Source: Asterias rubens (lineage: Eukaryota). Taken from it: a stretch of 64,000 bases of DNA. Under the pieces are notes generated by a model. The model did not search any database, had not been told where the DNA came from, and was given only the letters and a program-made list of their open reading frames with translations. Shown here one piece after another: positions 11,639-23,800 of this stretch. The stretch lies in the NCBI RefSeq assembly GCF_902459465.1, contig NC_047062.1:22940001-23004000 (forward strand). The letters are read 5' to 3'. Made by a program: the position numbers and the translations under genes. Each line of letters opens with the position of its first letter. Position 1 is the stretch's first letter.

Positions 11639-12031
11639 TTTCCTTTCTCCATTCTTCCTCCATGTGTTAACCACTCTCATGTGGGGCTCTGCCTCTGTCC
11701 TGGGCCCAATTTCATGGCTTTGCTTACCGCCGAATTCTGCGCTTACGATCGCGATTCCCCACTTACGAACATAGGTTAGTGCCGGCTCCTTGTCTAAACC
11801 ATTTCTCTATAAAGGCTCAAGTCAAGTCTGGTCGTTCGATCGAACAATCCTCGTTGTGATAATGCAACCCTTCTCCCGCCGTCGGGACTGGGGGAAGGTT
11901 AGGTTGTTATCGCAATCAAAACAGTCCTTGCTCTATGATCGAACCATCGAACAGAGGGCAGCCGGGAGATAAAATGAAGTCCTCATAATAAAATGACAAT
12001 TCAGTTAGTAGTAGGCAGAGTAGGGGGCCTG

Positions 12032-12206
12032 TCGTCGACATCACCAAACTCTTCCTAACTTAGGATTAATCTTAGGAATTAGGACGAGTTAAATTCCGTA
12101 TCTAAAGACGTTGGGACGCATTGAACCCATCCTAAGTTAGGATGGGTTGCTCTTCCTAACTCGAGATTGGATTAATCCTACTCCTAGGGTTTCATGAAAT
12201 CGGCTG
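12032..12206. mobile_element. CWG-flanked MITE
   Basis: CTG at 12029-31 and 12207-09; internally the reverse complement of 300-433. Confidence 0.78.
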
Positions 12207-13334
12207 CTGTACTCCCAGATCTATGAGGTTCGTTCTGCTTTGTGGAGACGATAGCGGAACGAACCTCCATGTTCTAGGAGTAAATCAATATTTATGGATG
12301 TGATCTTTTCACTCATTGTTACCGTTTGTTAAAAAGCAAATCTCATAATGAATGAAAAAATGGCAGTTGGATACAGAAATTTCACTGGAAGCGCAAGGTT
12401 TATAGGCCTACAAATTCCTTGTTGGTTTTTCCCATGTTAATTTTTTCAGATTTTTACTTTTATGTATCTATTTTGTATCTTTAGGCCATAGGCCCTAGTT
12501 CTTCATTTACTTACTTCATGGGCTTTTGAACTTCAAAGGTTTTGAACATTTCTTTTATAGGCCCGTCCTTTCTTTGGTTGTATTTTGTCCTTCAAGTTTT
12601 CCGTTTTTCGTCCATGATGACCATCAATGGAGATAAATCTTCATTTTTGTTGTCCTAAACTTTTCGAGCTGGTCCTCGTCAAAAACCCCTAAAGTCATCT
12701 AATACGACTTCAACCCTACTTAATAGTTAAAGGCGTTAGCAGTTCATATTTAGTGACAATGTTCGCAAAATCATGACACGAGAATTATTTCGCCGGGTCA
12801 TAATCTCCTCTGTTGATATACATACATGTAATCCCTCGAAAAATTCATTGGCCCTCATAGCCTAGTGGTCATCAGTCCACTTACTTTACTGATACATGCG
12901 AGTTCGAAGCTCAGCACGAGACCAATAATTTTTTTATCCCCCAAAACTAAAAAAATATTTCTTTTTGTAATATTTAGATTCTTATCTTTATATCGATAGT
13001 GTTGCCTTTTCTTTTTCTCAATTGTTAGCCCAACATAACATGTGTGCATGCATGACACGATGATGTTTGAAAAACACAGTTAGCGGAAAATGGTGATCAT
13101 AAGCGCAGAGTTTGGTGGCTAAGAGTTCTGTGAAATCAAATCGTACTAGATCAAACATCAAACCACTGACCCCCAAAAGTGTTAAAAATCGTAATTAATT
13201 AACCACGTGACCCATATTTGCATATTTAATTGGGAAATCTTTGTAGCACCATATCTCAAGAAGTAAACTGCCGTTTTTTAGACTGTTTGTAGTTAAAGAC
13301 TCCTTGGGGATTGGAGATTAATTTTGAAAAACCG

Positions 13335-13365
13335 TGACCTCAAGTTGACCTCTACTTCCGGGTCA
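13335..13365. promoter_or_regulatory. Overlapping DR5 (TGACCT-N5-TGACCT) and ER8 (TGACCT-N8-GGGTCA) nuclear-receptor-type motif
   Basis: Exact half-sites seen; imperfect copy at 13449-13479; may be internal to a repeat. Confidence 0.3.
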
Positions 13366-13720
13366 ACCCAAAGTGTGGCAATATCGATTTTCAAACTGTT
13401 CTCAGTTAGAGACTCCTTGGGCATTGGAGGCTGAGCCTTAGGTTACCATGACCCCATGTCGACCTCTACTTCCGGGTCAACCGGAAGTGGCACCATAACT
13501 CATTCAGCATTTTCTTCTTTTTTTCAATGATAGACTCCTTGGTCATTTTAGCTCATAATCCAAGCAAAGGAACACGGAACAGCTTTGTGTTTGTTCACAA
13601 ACACCTAATGTCTAGTTTCAATTGGTTCTGGCAAAAGTTTGTGTTTCAGTTTCCAATGATTTGTACATGTGTAGGAACTAAATGCACTAGGCTTCAGATA
13701 TATTTCATTGCAAGTGCCCT

Positions 13721-13860
13721 TTGTCTATAGTTCTAATCTTAGTGCTCTACGGTGTTGTCTATAGTTCTAATCTTAGTGCTCTACGGTGTTGTCTATAGTT
13801 CTAATCTTAGTGCTCTACGGTGTTGTCTATAGTTCTAATCTTAGTGCTCTACGGTGTTGT
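13721..13860 (+). repeat. 34-bp tandem repeat x4, perfect
   Basis: TTGTCTATAGTTCTAATCTTAGTGCTCTACGGTG at 13721, 13755, 13789, 13823. Confidence 0.97.
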
Positions 13861-14061
13861 CATGCTGGGTGGTGAAGTTAACATGGTTAAGTCATGGACG
13901 CGCACAGCATTCCCTTATAAGGAATTGTTTACCCGATCGGGCCGAGGGCCTTACCATAGCTGGAGGGGCGTTGTGTTGAAAGAAATCATTGAACAGTTAT
14001 AATTTTTGCATTTGTTTTACTTTTTGACCAAAAAGTGTTGATGTTTTTTGACCGAAAAAGG

Positions 14062-14243
14062 TATTTATGAATGGGAATCAAAGTGTGTTGAATCGGTTTT
14101 GAACTAGTGGTTTAAACCCGTCGAGGCCTGGTTCTTGATAATTTACCTCGACTTCCTCTGGGTAAAATTATCAAGAACCAGGCCTCGCTGGGTTTAAACC
14201 ACTAGTTGAAAACCTCTTCACCACACATTGATTCCCTTATTCA
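14062..14243. mobile_element. Palindromic MITE
   Basis: Arms AACTAGTGGTTTAAACCC..CGAGGCCTGGTTCTTGATAATTT / AAATTATCAAGAACCAGGCCTCG.TGGGTTTAAACCACTAGTT. Confidence 0.8.
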
Positions 14244-14545
14244 GAACAAGTAGTCAAAATCAGATTTGGCATAGTAGAATAGTCGTGATTGGCTGCGCTG
14301 CTTTTTTTTAATTAGTCGCCAGTTAGAGGGCCGTACATAAACTGTTTGGGAGGTTAAGTTTATTTAACAAAAACATGGGCCCAATTTTATGCTCTAAAGC
14401 TTAAAAATACAGCAAAACAAAATGGTTACCAGCTAAAATACCATGTCACATGTTTCAATTTGTGACTAGTATCCCTCTCATTGTTTTTAAGCAGGGATTT
14501 TTTGCTTGTAAAAAGTAACTCTATGAAATTGCGCCCTGGATCAAT

Positions 14546-14820
14546 GCCATAAATTTGTGTGATACTATCTCTTAAAAATCACTAAGGACAGTGCTTGTCA
14601 ATCATATTGCACAGCAGATCCACTGGTCTCTTATTATCATTGTGACATAACAATGACTGACTAAATAATCAATAGCAGATTTGCCATAAATTTGTGTGAT
14701 ACTATCTCTTAAAAATCACTCAGGACAATGCTTGTCAATCATATTGCACAGCAGATCCACTGGTCTCTTATTATCATTGTGACATAACAATGACTGACTA
14801 AATAATCAATAGCAGATTTG
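14546..14820 (+). repeat. 136-bp tandem duplication x2
   Basis: Units start at 14546 and 14682; two substitutions seen. Confidence 0.95.
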
Positions 14821-17688
14821 GCATTTTCTAAAGGCACATAATAGTAGAATTGATCGGCTGTGCTGATGTTTTTGAATTAGTCACCAGTAGACTAACATCA
14901 ACCTGTTTGGGAGACTGACTAGGAGGGACTTCCAGGACTCTTCTTCTTCTTCTTCTTATTATTATTATTATAAATATTTATTAGTCATAAAAACACATAC
15001 AAAACAAAACAAAAGCCTGGGACATATGCCTGGACTTAAAAAGTTTTCAAAAAACTGTCATGTCATGTGACCATCATGATGTAGTATTTTACAATGAGTA
15101 AACAAACCATATTAATATCAGATTTGGGCATTTGAAGGCACGTTAGTAGAATAGTCTTGATGGGCTGACTGTCGGGCTGACCAAGGACATAGAATGTGCA
15201 TTAGTACATAGAATAAAAATCATAAATAATATGCTAACAAAAGTGCAATAATAAATGTATGGTTGCCTCCAACAGTCCAAGTTGTTTGTAAAAGTTGCCT
15301 CATGTGACCATAGAGCAAGGATAGAGCTCTATGATGTGACAAGGCACATATAATGACCAGTTAACCTAAAACTGTATTGAGGTTCTACACACCTTCAAAT
15401 TAGCCGAACCATCAATTTTGTTATAGGCTTAGCTGAATAATCCCTGCAAAAAATGAGTTAAGGTTCAGGCTCTCAGCATTTCGGAATGCCCTAAATCATT
15501 TACAGAAGTTTAAAATGAAGTGCCTGCACATTGGTGAGACTGGATTATCTTCTTTAGTGCACATATTTTATTTTGTGACGAGGCTATTTATGACAGGGTC
15601 CACCCCAGGTTCTTGTAGATTTTCGCATTGCTTTTTTATTTCAAATATTTCCCTCTTAAAAGGAAGTCATTTCAGAAAACTAAATCTGAAAACTGTCAAA
15701 AACTAAACTAAAACAGGTGGCTTCGGTTGTTACAACTTAAATTAAGGAAAATGTGTTCACAAATGCATGTTGAAAATTGTGCATGGCTATTCACTATTTT
15801 ATTCTAACTCACATAATGGGTATTTAGAGCTTGTTATTTCATGTTTATGGTTTGGTTGATCACATCACACAAAGTGTAAATACTGTCTGGACGTTTTTGT
15901 AAGCTCTACCACTCTTGTATTATACAATCAATTGTCGATTGTTTACAATAGAACGTAGGTCGAGTGTATAGATTATGTAAAAATTCATGATCACATCACC
16001 GAGCCTGACTTGTTGCTGCCATTTTTGTTTAAAGTAATCATGAAACGCATGGTTCGTCACACATCAGAAATGAACCAGTAAATGACTTTCGTCAAGTTTT
16101 CTCTCTGACAGCATGCTCGACTTTGATTTAAAGGTTAACCCAGGAGTCTAGTCTAGACAGAAAACAACAAGGTCAAAGTAACTTACAAACTTATGGTAAA
16201 ATGAGTGTTTTAAGTTTACAAAAACAGATTTGCAACATGTGACCTTTGCGTTGATACAAAATCAGGAAGTAACTTAAACTTACCCACTTATGTTTAAAAG
16301 ATTTTTTGTTATGGCCAAATAAATAAAATTTGTTTAGGGTCCTCCCTTTTTTGTTGAAAAAAAGGAGGATTTTAGGGTTTTTATTTGGCCTTAGTTTACA
16401 AAAACAGATTTGGAACATAAGTGCTTTTAGCATTGATATGTACACTGCAGCAGTGGTTTCACTCTGCTGGTTAGGCGCGCGGTCCATTTAGGGCCGGTTC
16501 GGCAACCATCACACGATTGCCGCAAACGATTATTTTATAGAGGGTCAATCGGTTGAGTTTCGGGACGCAATCGTTTCCAGAGATTATAAAAAGACTTTAC
16601 TCAGATGAAGCACAAAAGAGTTGGCGCTTGACTGTGGTTTACAACTAACAAAAGAGTTCGCCTACACCAGGCTATCACTGACACTTCCACCGCTAATCCC
16701 TCGCTTCTTTTGGTCACATATTATCTAGACTATATAATCTTATTCAATTGGATGTTTGTTATCTGTTTGTGTACCTCGGGTTCATTACATTATTTTTGAG
16801 CAGTTCTTGTAGTCACGCCCGCCCTGATTGTCGTAAGTTAAACCAGTTATTTCAATAAATTAACTCAGTCAGTTCTTTAACTTTTCATTCAATTCGTGGT
16901 TCTTAATAGTTACACCTTGCAAACATTTATGGTTTGCAAACCTATGGTTTCAAGTCAACAGTCTCAAAATGTCACTGAATTGGACAGCGCCATCATTTAT
17001 TTACCAACAAAATGTTCTGATAATAAGATCCATTCAAGTAAGCATAAAACAAAAAAAATACACACACATACATTTGCCCTAAGGCTTAGTTGATAGCCCA
17101 AATCAGTTAAGAGTAGCCCCCACTTTGAAGTGGCCTTGCGGTCTTGTGTCAGGCGACATCTCATTAAAAAAAGAAATTTTGAAAGGACTCCAAGGCATTT
17201 TATCAATCGGCACCCTATGATTTCTACGGTAGCAAAAAAGCTCTTGATAACATCTCCTTTACATAACGATTGAGCATTGTTTGCTCAAACCTTGCCCTCT
17301 GAAATGTGATAACTGCTAAACAGATAGCAGAACAGCCACGATCATTGTAAACAGAATAATCCTTACAAGTACCACTATCTTTTACAGATGTGTATGTTGC
17401 GTTTATAGTTAATGTATTGGTAAACTTTTTTGTTTGTTTTGAGCTTTGGACCTGCCCAGTTACGTAACCATAGAATAACCTTGGGTAGTCCATCATCTTT
17501 GATAATGAACTACCCAAGTTTATTATTACGTTAGGTTTGGTAACTGGGCAGGTCTGGTTGAGGACTGGTTGAGTTGTACAATTGAAGATCCCCTGCTTGG
17601 CCAGTATTTCGATTTGGGAACTGACAACAGCCAGACAGCTTCAAAACCAGCTACATCACCTCGAGGTGTACTTAGCCAGATCTTCACC

Positions 17689-17829
17689 ATGACTTCCAGC
17701 AAAGACAGCCCCAAGTTAAGAACTAGAACTTTTGTGATTGCCATCACAATCGGCATCTTAATGGTGTTGATGGGAGGACTCGTCATTCCCATCTCATTCA
17801 GCGCCCTCATGGACACAATCTTAGATCAG
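17689..17829 (+). CDS. CD36/SCARB paralogue A exon 1 (N-terminal TM)
   Basis: caccATG; MTSSKDSPKLRTRTFVIAITIGILMVLMGGLVIP...DQ; CAG|gtgagt. Confidence 0.85.
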
Positions 17830-20800
17830 GTGAGTAGTATTTCATAGACCCTTAAAGACACTGGACCCCTTTGATAAAATATGTCAATCGCACAAAGCGC
17901 GTGCGCACTAACATTTTGGTTGGCAAAAATGAGCGCTGTTTTGTACGCAGGTAATGGGCATGATTGGGCGTCTGCTTAGTGCACAACTCTATGGCATTTG
18001 CCAACCAACAGGGTCTGTACGCATGCGTGAATGTAATTCATGCATTTCCAGGGGTGATCAAAAGATAAAATTTTAATCATTTCAATGTAGCTCCTAAGAT
18101 CTGGATCTCAGTCTCAGACTTTTTTTAGCATTAGCGAGGCGTAGCTGCATGTACGCAAGCAAAAACGTGAACGTGAGCGTCAAAAACTTGTGACGTCACC
18201 ACCTTGAGTTTTTTTCATGCCCACATATGACATCTGCACGTACCTGACATGAAAGATGGTAATTTTACGTATGCTTAAAACGTGAGATTTTTTTTGTACA
18301 CGTTCACGTTTTTGCTCGCTTAATGTGCAGCTAAACCTCCATAATGACTCTCAAACCCTAACCCCAGTCCTGATACTTCATGCCTCCATGCTCACTTGTC
18401 ATTGCCTTGGTGCCCTTGTATTTACAATATCCTCATAGGGAGCCCTTTACCAAGGAGAAAATGCCTACATGTAGGTGCCCTTGCCCATTCAAAAACAAAG
18501 CATAGGGCTTACATCCCTATTGAATGTGTACAAGTATACTACTGTTCCTCCAATTATAATGTATGTAGATGGAATCATTGAGAGAGTGTGCAACGCAAAT
18601 CTGATTCTTTTCTTTCTGTTGCTTTTTTTCTCTTTCTTTTTCCTCCAGACGATGGTCATAGACCCTAAATCAGCCATATATACAGAATGGAAGGATCCAA
18701 CGCTTCCTATTTACACTCGTTTTTATTTCTTCGATCTGCAAAATCCAGAAGAAGTGTTGCAAGGGGCAGAGCCCGAAGTCGTCGAAATCGGACCCTATTC
18801 TTACAAGTAAGAAATTGTTCCTCACTGTTTTCCCTCTCTGTGGTCTTCATACACTTGGTAACATTTGACACATGAGCAGACAATAATGCAACCTTGTGTC
18901 ACTACCCGGGTCCCCCCCCCCCTACCCTTCATCCCCTAAAAAAAGCCAACAAACCAGTAAAGCTTTTTAGTGTGTGGCCTTTCTACCTAAGCATTAATAA
19001 ATATCTCTTAATTGGACTTGTTATTAAAGCTTCTTTTCCCCTATATCTGATGTGGGTGGTGGGTTTGTCTTAGAAAGTTGGAAGAAATTGGGTTTAAATT
19101 GGGTCTTCTGGCGATCAGCCAAGCATTCTGTAGGAATAATTTAATATATGGTTTGATATTAAAATGCAATACTTATTTGTATACCACACATACTGATCTT
19201 TTTCATTTGATGGAGGAACACAAGTAAACCTTTTATCCACCATATTGCCATATATTTACAGCCGCGTTGTTCCAAATTTCATATTTGAGTCAAATATGGG
19301 AGATTATTGGATGCTGCGTGTAGGGTGGGCGATTTCCATGTCTCATCCAGTGGATTTTTTTTAAAAACAAGTTTCAAATGATAAGGATCAATAAATGAAT
19401 TTATTTAAAAGTATTGAATGCGTTTCATTCATGCATTGTCACAGAATATGATCACTCGGTGAAATAAAACAATTAGATTTGTTTTACAATGCCCTAAAAC
19501 GTGGTTCATACTTCCTGCGAATGTAATACAAATTTTGATGTCACAGCCCTGTTTTTCGCAGCGAGTGTTTTGCAAATTGTTGAGCAAATTTCAATTGATG
19601 CGAATTATTTGTTGTGACTTTGTGACATGGACATTCGTTTCGCATTCGCAGAAAGTATGAGCCGGGCTTAATATGTTGTCTTTCTATTGTTGTATATTAA
19701 CAGAATGGCCTTGCCGAGAGTCAACATAACGTTTAATCCCAATGATACGGTGACAAGCTTCCAGCCTTACTCTTATGTATTTGATCGCTCCCAGTCTGTC
19801 GGCAGTGAAAATGACACCTTCATGACGACCAACATGCCATTTTGGGTAAGACCCCCACTAGAACCTAAAGGTTTCCTTCAAACTATAGACTGATCCATTT
19901 TGCGCACCACCGTTGCTGGGTCATAGCAGCTAAATGTTTTGTACATGAAGACATGGAAAAATCATTGTCTTTGGGTGCGTTCAGACACGGTACTAAAGTT
20001 GGTTTAACTCATGGTTCAACTCGATTGAGTTCAACTCAGTGTGTCTGAACGGATCTAAAGTTAGTCTGAATTGAGTTCAACCCACAAAAGATAAACCATC
20101 CAGGGAGGGGGTTTATCTTTAGACCACTATGGGTTTATCTTTTAACACTGTGTGTGGACAGAATAAAAAAGACCACATCCGGTTTAACACACAACAGGCG
20201 ACCCATTGACCTCCATAATCATTACGTAAACACACGGTGACCAATGAACAGGACAATAAACAGGATGTTAGAGTAACGGGGTCGCGTTTTCTTTGACCTC
20301 TTAAAACCAAAGATAAACCGGATCGGGTTTAACTCAGTGCTGTCTGAACGCAAAGGGGTTTTATTTTTTTGATCGCCCTCTGCTGCTCGTAAAAGTTAAG
20401 TCGGTTCGGGTCTAACTTAGTACGCTGTCTGAACATACCCTTTTTAACTTTTATTGTGAATTCAGTGTTTTCCTCAATGGTTTACACACTTTCCCTGACA
20501 GAAAAGCATGACAAAGTTAAACAGAAAATGCATACTAAAATTTTGTTGGAAAACCTTGCTGATGTATTACATTTTAGAGACCCTACCATGCAGCAGACAG
20601 CATTTGTGCGTGCTGGCTAAAATGGATCTATAGAAATTTAGGGCAGGGCACTCTGATGGAAGTGTCGTGGCCGAGCGGTTAAGAGCACCGAATTCAAACT
20701 CTGGTGTTTCTGATCAGCAGAGTGTGGGTTTGAATCCCCAGCTGTGACACTTGTGTCCTTTTAAAGTTAAGTAAGACACTTAACCATTGCTCCGTCCTTC

Positions 20801-23800
20801 GCATGGGACGTAAAGTCATTGGTTCAATGTGTTGTGTAATGCATGTGAAAGAAGCCAGTGCAATTTTCGAAAAGAGAAGGGGTTCGCCCCGGTGGAAAAG
20901 GCGCGTTATAAATACGTTTGCTATAAAATTATTAAGGACACGCTTTTGAAAATCAAGTATGGGGAACATTGGAAGTCAAGTGACTTTTCCTTAATGCCAC
21001 TCAAACACAAAAGATACTGATTTTATTGGCTAAGCCATTTGCAGAAATTATGCAAACCCCTCATTGAAAGATCAAAAGAATAAGGTCAAAGTATTTGACA
21101 AATGCGTTTCACAAACACAAACATGATCGCGTGACAACATGATTGCATGACCCTAAATTTTTGATAATAATCTAAAGCTATCCATTAAGCTGATCGGGGA
21201 CTTTTTAACAGTCATGTGTTTTGGCTCTCAACCGTTTCTATTTCCTTAAAAAGTTCAAGTTTTTGGAATGCAAGTACATTAATTCAAACCACAAAGGAAA
21301 CTGACTGAGTAAATTTCAGTTTAGTTTTGTGGTGAACATAGAAAAAAAATTGAACAGAATGGGATTTGAATTTGTGACTTCTGGAATAAAGTGCCTCGAA
21401 AAGAAAACAAAATAACAGAATAGGGAGACTGTAGGACTAGGACTAGACAGCTTAGTGGAGTGCCATCGCAAGTTCAAATCCCACTGTAAAGTTTATTTTT
21501 CCTTTCCCCCATTTTGTCTGTCTGGTGCTACACATATTCTTTAATCCTCCTGAATTATAAACATCATGGAAATTCCAGGTCTAGATTAAGATAATCCGGG
21601 CCCTCGAGCCCTTTTGGGGATTTAGCGTATTTGTTAAATCTCTTCTCTGTCACATGATTACTGATTTATTCACATAATCATTTTTTTTGTCAGAGTGAAA
21701 AAGTGCGCTGGAAGAAAAAAAGCAGCAGGTTTTTTAATCATGGATTTAAAGGCTGTAAAGTAAACCATTGCCAATTTCACTTTATGGAATGTCCCAAATT
21801 CCACTTTCATTCCAAAGTTCACAAAGTTTTTACCAAAAGATACTGATACCATAATTGTTGGCTTGAACAACTTAGTTCTAGAAACTCTTTACAGCTATTA
21901 TACAGAATTGGTACAGAAATTGTTTATTGATGAAAGCTTACTGATGCTGAAGTTCGTACAAGAACCATTTTATTCCCTGTGAAATCTTTTCCTCGGAAAT
22001 GAAGTCATACTCGAGAAAACTTTATGATCTGAAAACCTAAGCAACTCGACAGCTGATTCCGGTTGTTGCAACCAAAATTAAGGCATGCTGTGCAAAATTG
22101 TGCATGGCTTTTCACTATTTTCTCCTTACTCACACAATGGAGTTATTCCAAATTTTCACAGGTTTGTTATTTCATGTATGAAATAAGATTGATCACACAA
22201 AACACAGGCTCTGGGCTCGTTTATTTTCTTAGCTCTACCAATCCTGCCTCCATCTTGGTCATGTTCCTCACATCAAATAACAATAATGAATGCTAATAAT
22301 CATTTCGCAGACTATGTTGTTCTTCCAGCTTCGGTTTGGCAATATTGATATCAATGGGAGAAAATCAAGATGGCTGCACCATGATAAAGATCTATTGTAA
22401 ACAATAAGCCAGAGTAAAATTCCACTGTAACTTATTGGAACTTTTGTTGAATTTTGTCTTCTCCCTCAGTCTACAGTATATTTTGTGAGAGAGTATAACA
22501 CTCTCCTGAAGGCCGGGCTATCACTCTTCATGGAAGGAGTTGGTGAGAAGCCATTCATGCCCTTGTCAGTCAGACAGCTAGTGTGGGGTTACGACGAACC
22601 ACTCTTTGAATGGGTACATACGCATCTGCCCATGTTCCCGCTTCCGGAAGGCTTCGAGACGCAGTTTGGATTTCTACTTGGGGTAAGGACACAACTCATG
22701 TACCCATGAACTCAGCAAGCATGACATAAAACATGCGTCTTTGTTTATTTATTATATGAAATATTTCATTTAACAGTATTAAAGCTGACATACAGAACCA
22801 TCATCCCACCCATTATATCTGGCTACCAAAAATGTTGGGGAAAAATCTCTCTCAATGTTTATAGGAAGCACAACTTTTATTTTGTTTGCCATAAGTAGTA
22901 AGTTGTGTAAGTTGTTATTCAGCCTTTGAGAAAGACTCTGCTAGGGTCAAACACCAGGCCATTAACTATGTTTTGCAAGTTGTGTAAGCATAACAACAAT
23001 CCAGTTCATTGTGGTTCCCATTGATGTCACTGCCAAGTCAAGTTTACATAAAATGAGTACTAAAGCTCCTTCATATACTGGCGCCTGCACAACTTGGTTT
23101 TTTCCCCCTCAGGCTACAGCATTGAAACTAACCTGTGATCAAACAAATTTTATACAAAGATCCTTTTACTAATTTTATACAAAGATCCTTTTACTAATTT
23201 TATACAAAAGACCCTGAACAAATAAACGGTGTTTGTAAAAAAAAAAATATTTGTCGGCCTAGGTTTTCTTTAATTTGTATAAAAATGATGGTTTGCCTTT
23301 TCCTCAATCACAAGTGCGGATACAAAATAAAACATTTACAGGCATTTACGAATGGTGGATTCTTATTTAGCACACATTAATAGTTTATTATTAGTTTATA
23401 AAAAAAAAAAAATAAAAAAAATAAAAAAATACAAAACATACACCAATCCACCAATAAGGTGCTCAAGGTGCTTGCGAACAAAGAGACACACTTTTAAAAA
23501 CAGGTTTTGAAGTTTTTATGAACTGCGATACTTAGTATCTAGCACCTTATAAGGGGGTCTACAAGGTGACTTTTTGCTTGTGCGCGTGTGTACAGGTTTA
23601 CTAGTCATTCTCCGCTTAAACAGCTCCCTCAGAAATGCAGCGCTTACAGTAAGTGGATAAGGGTGATCGCAAGCACAGAGTTCTACGGTAAGCAGTGCCA
23701 TAATATTGGGCCTAGGTATGCCATTGTTGGGAAGGTATTGTGTTCAAAAAAATGCCCGTGGGGGATGTTTGAGATGAGAGAAATGCCTCTGGTGTACAAT

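Noticed and set aside
8661-17500. Additional protein-coding genes among the short track ORFs here and at 56000-64000
   Set aside because: They overlap MITEs or low-complexity DNA and show no protein motifs or coherent exon chains.
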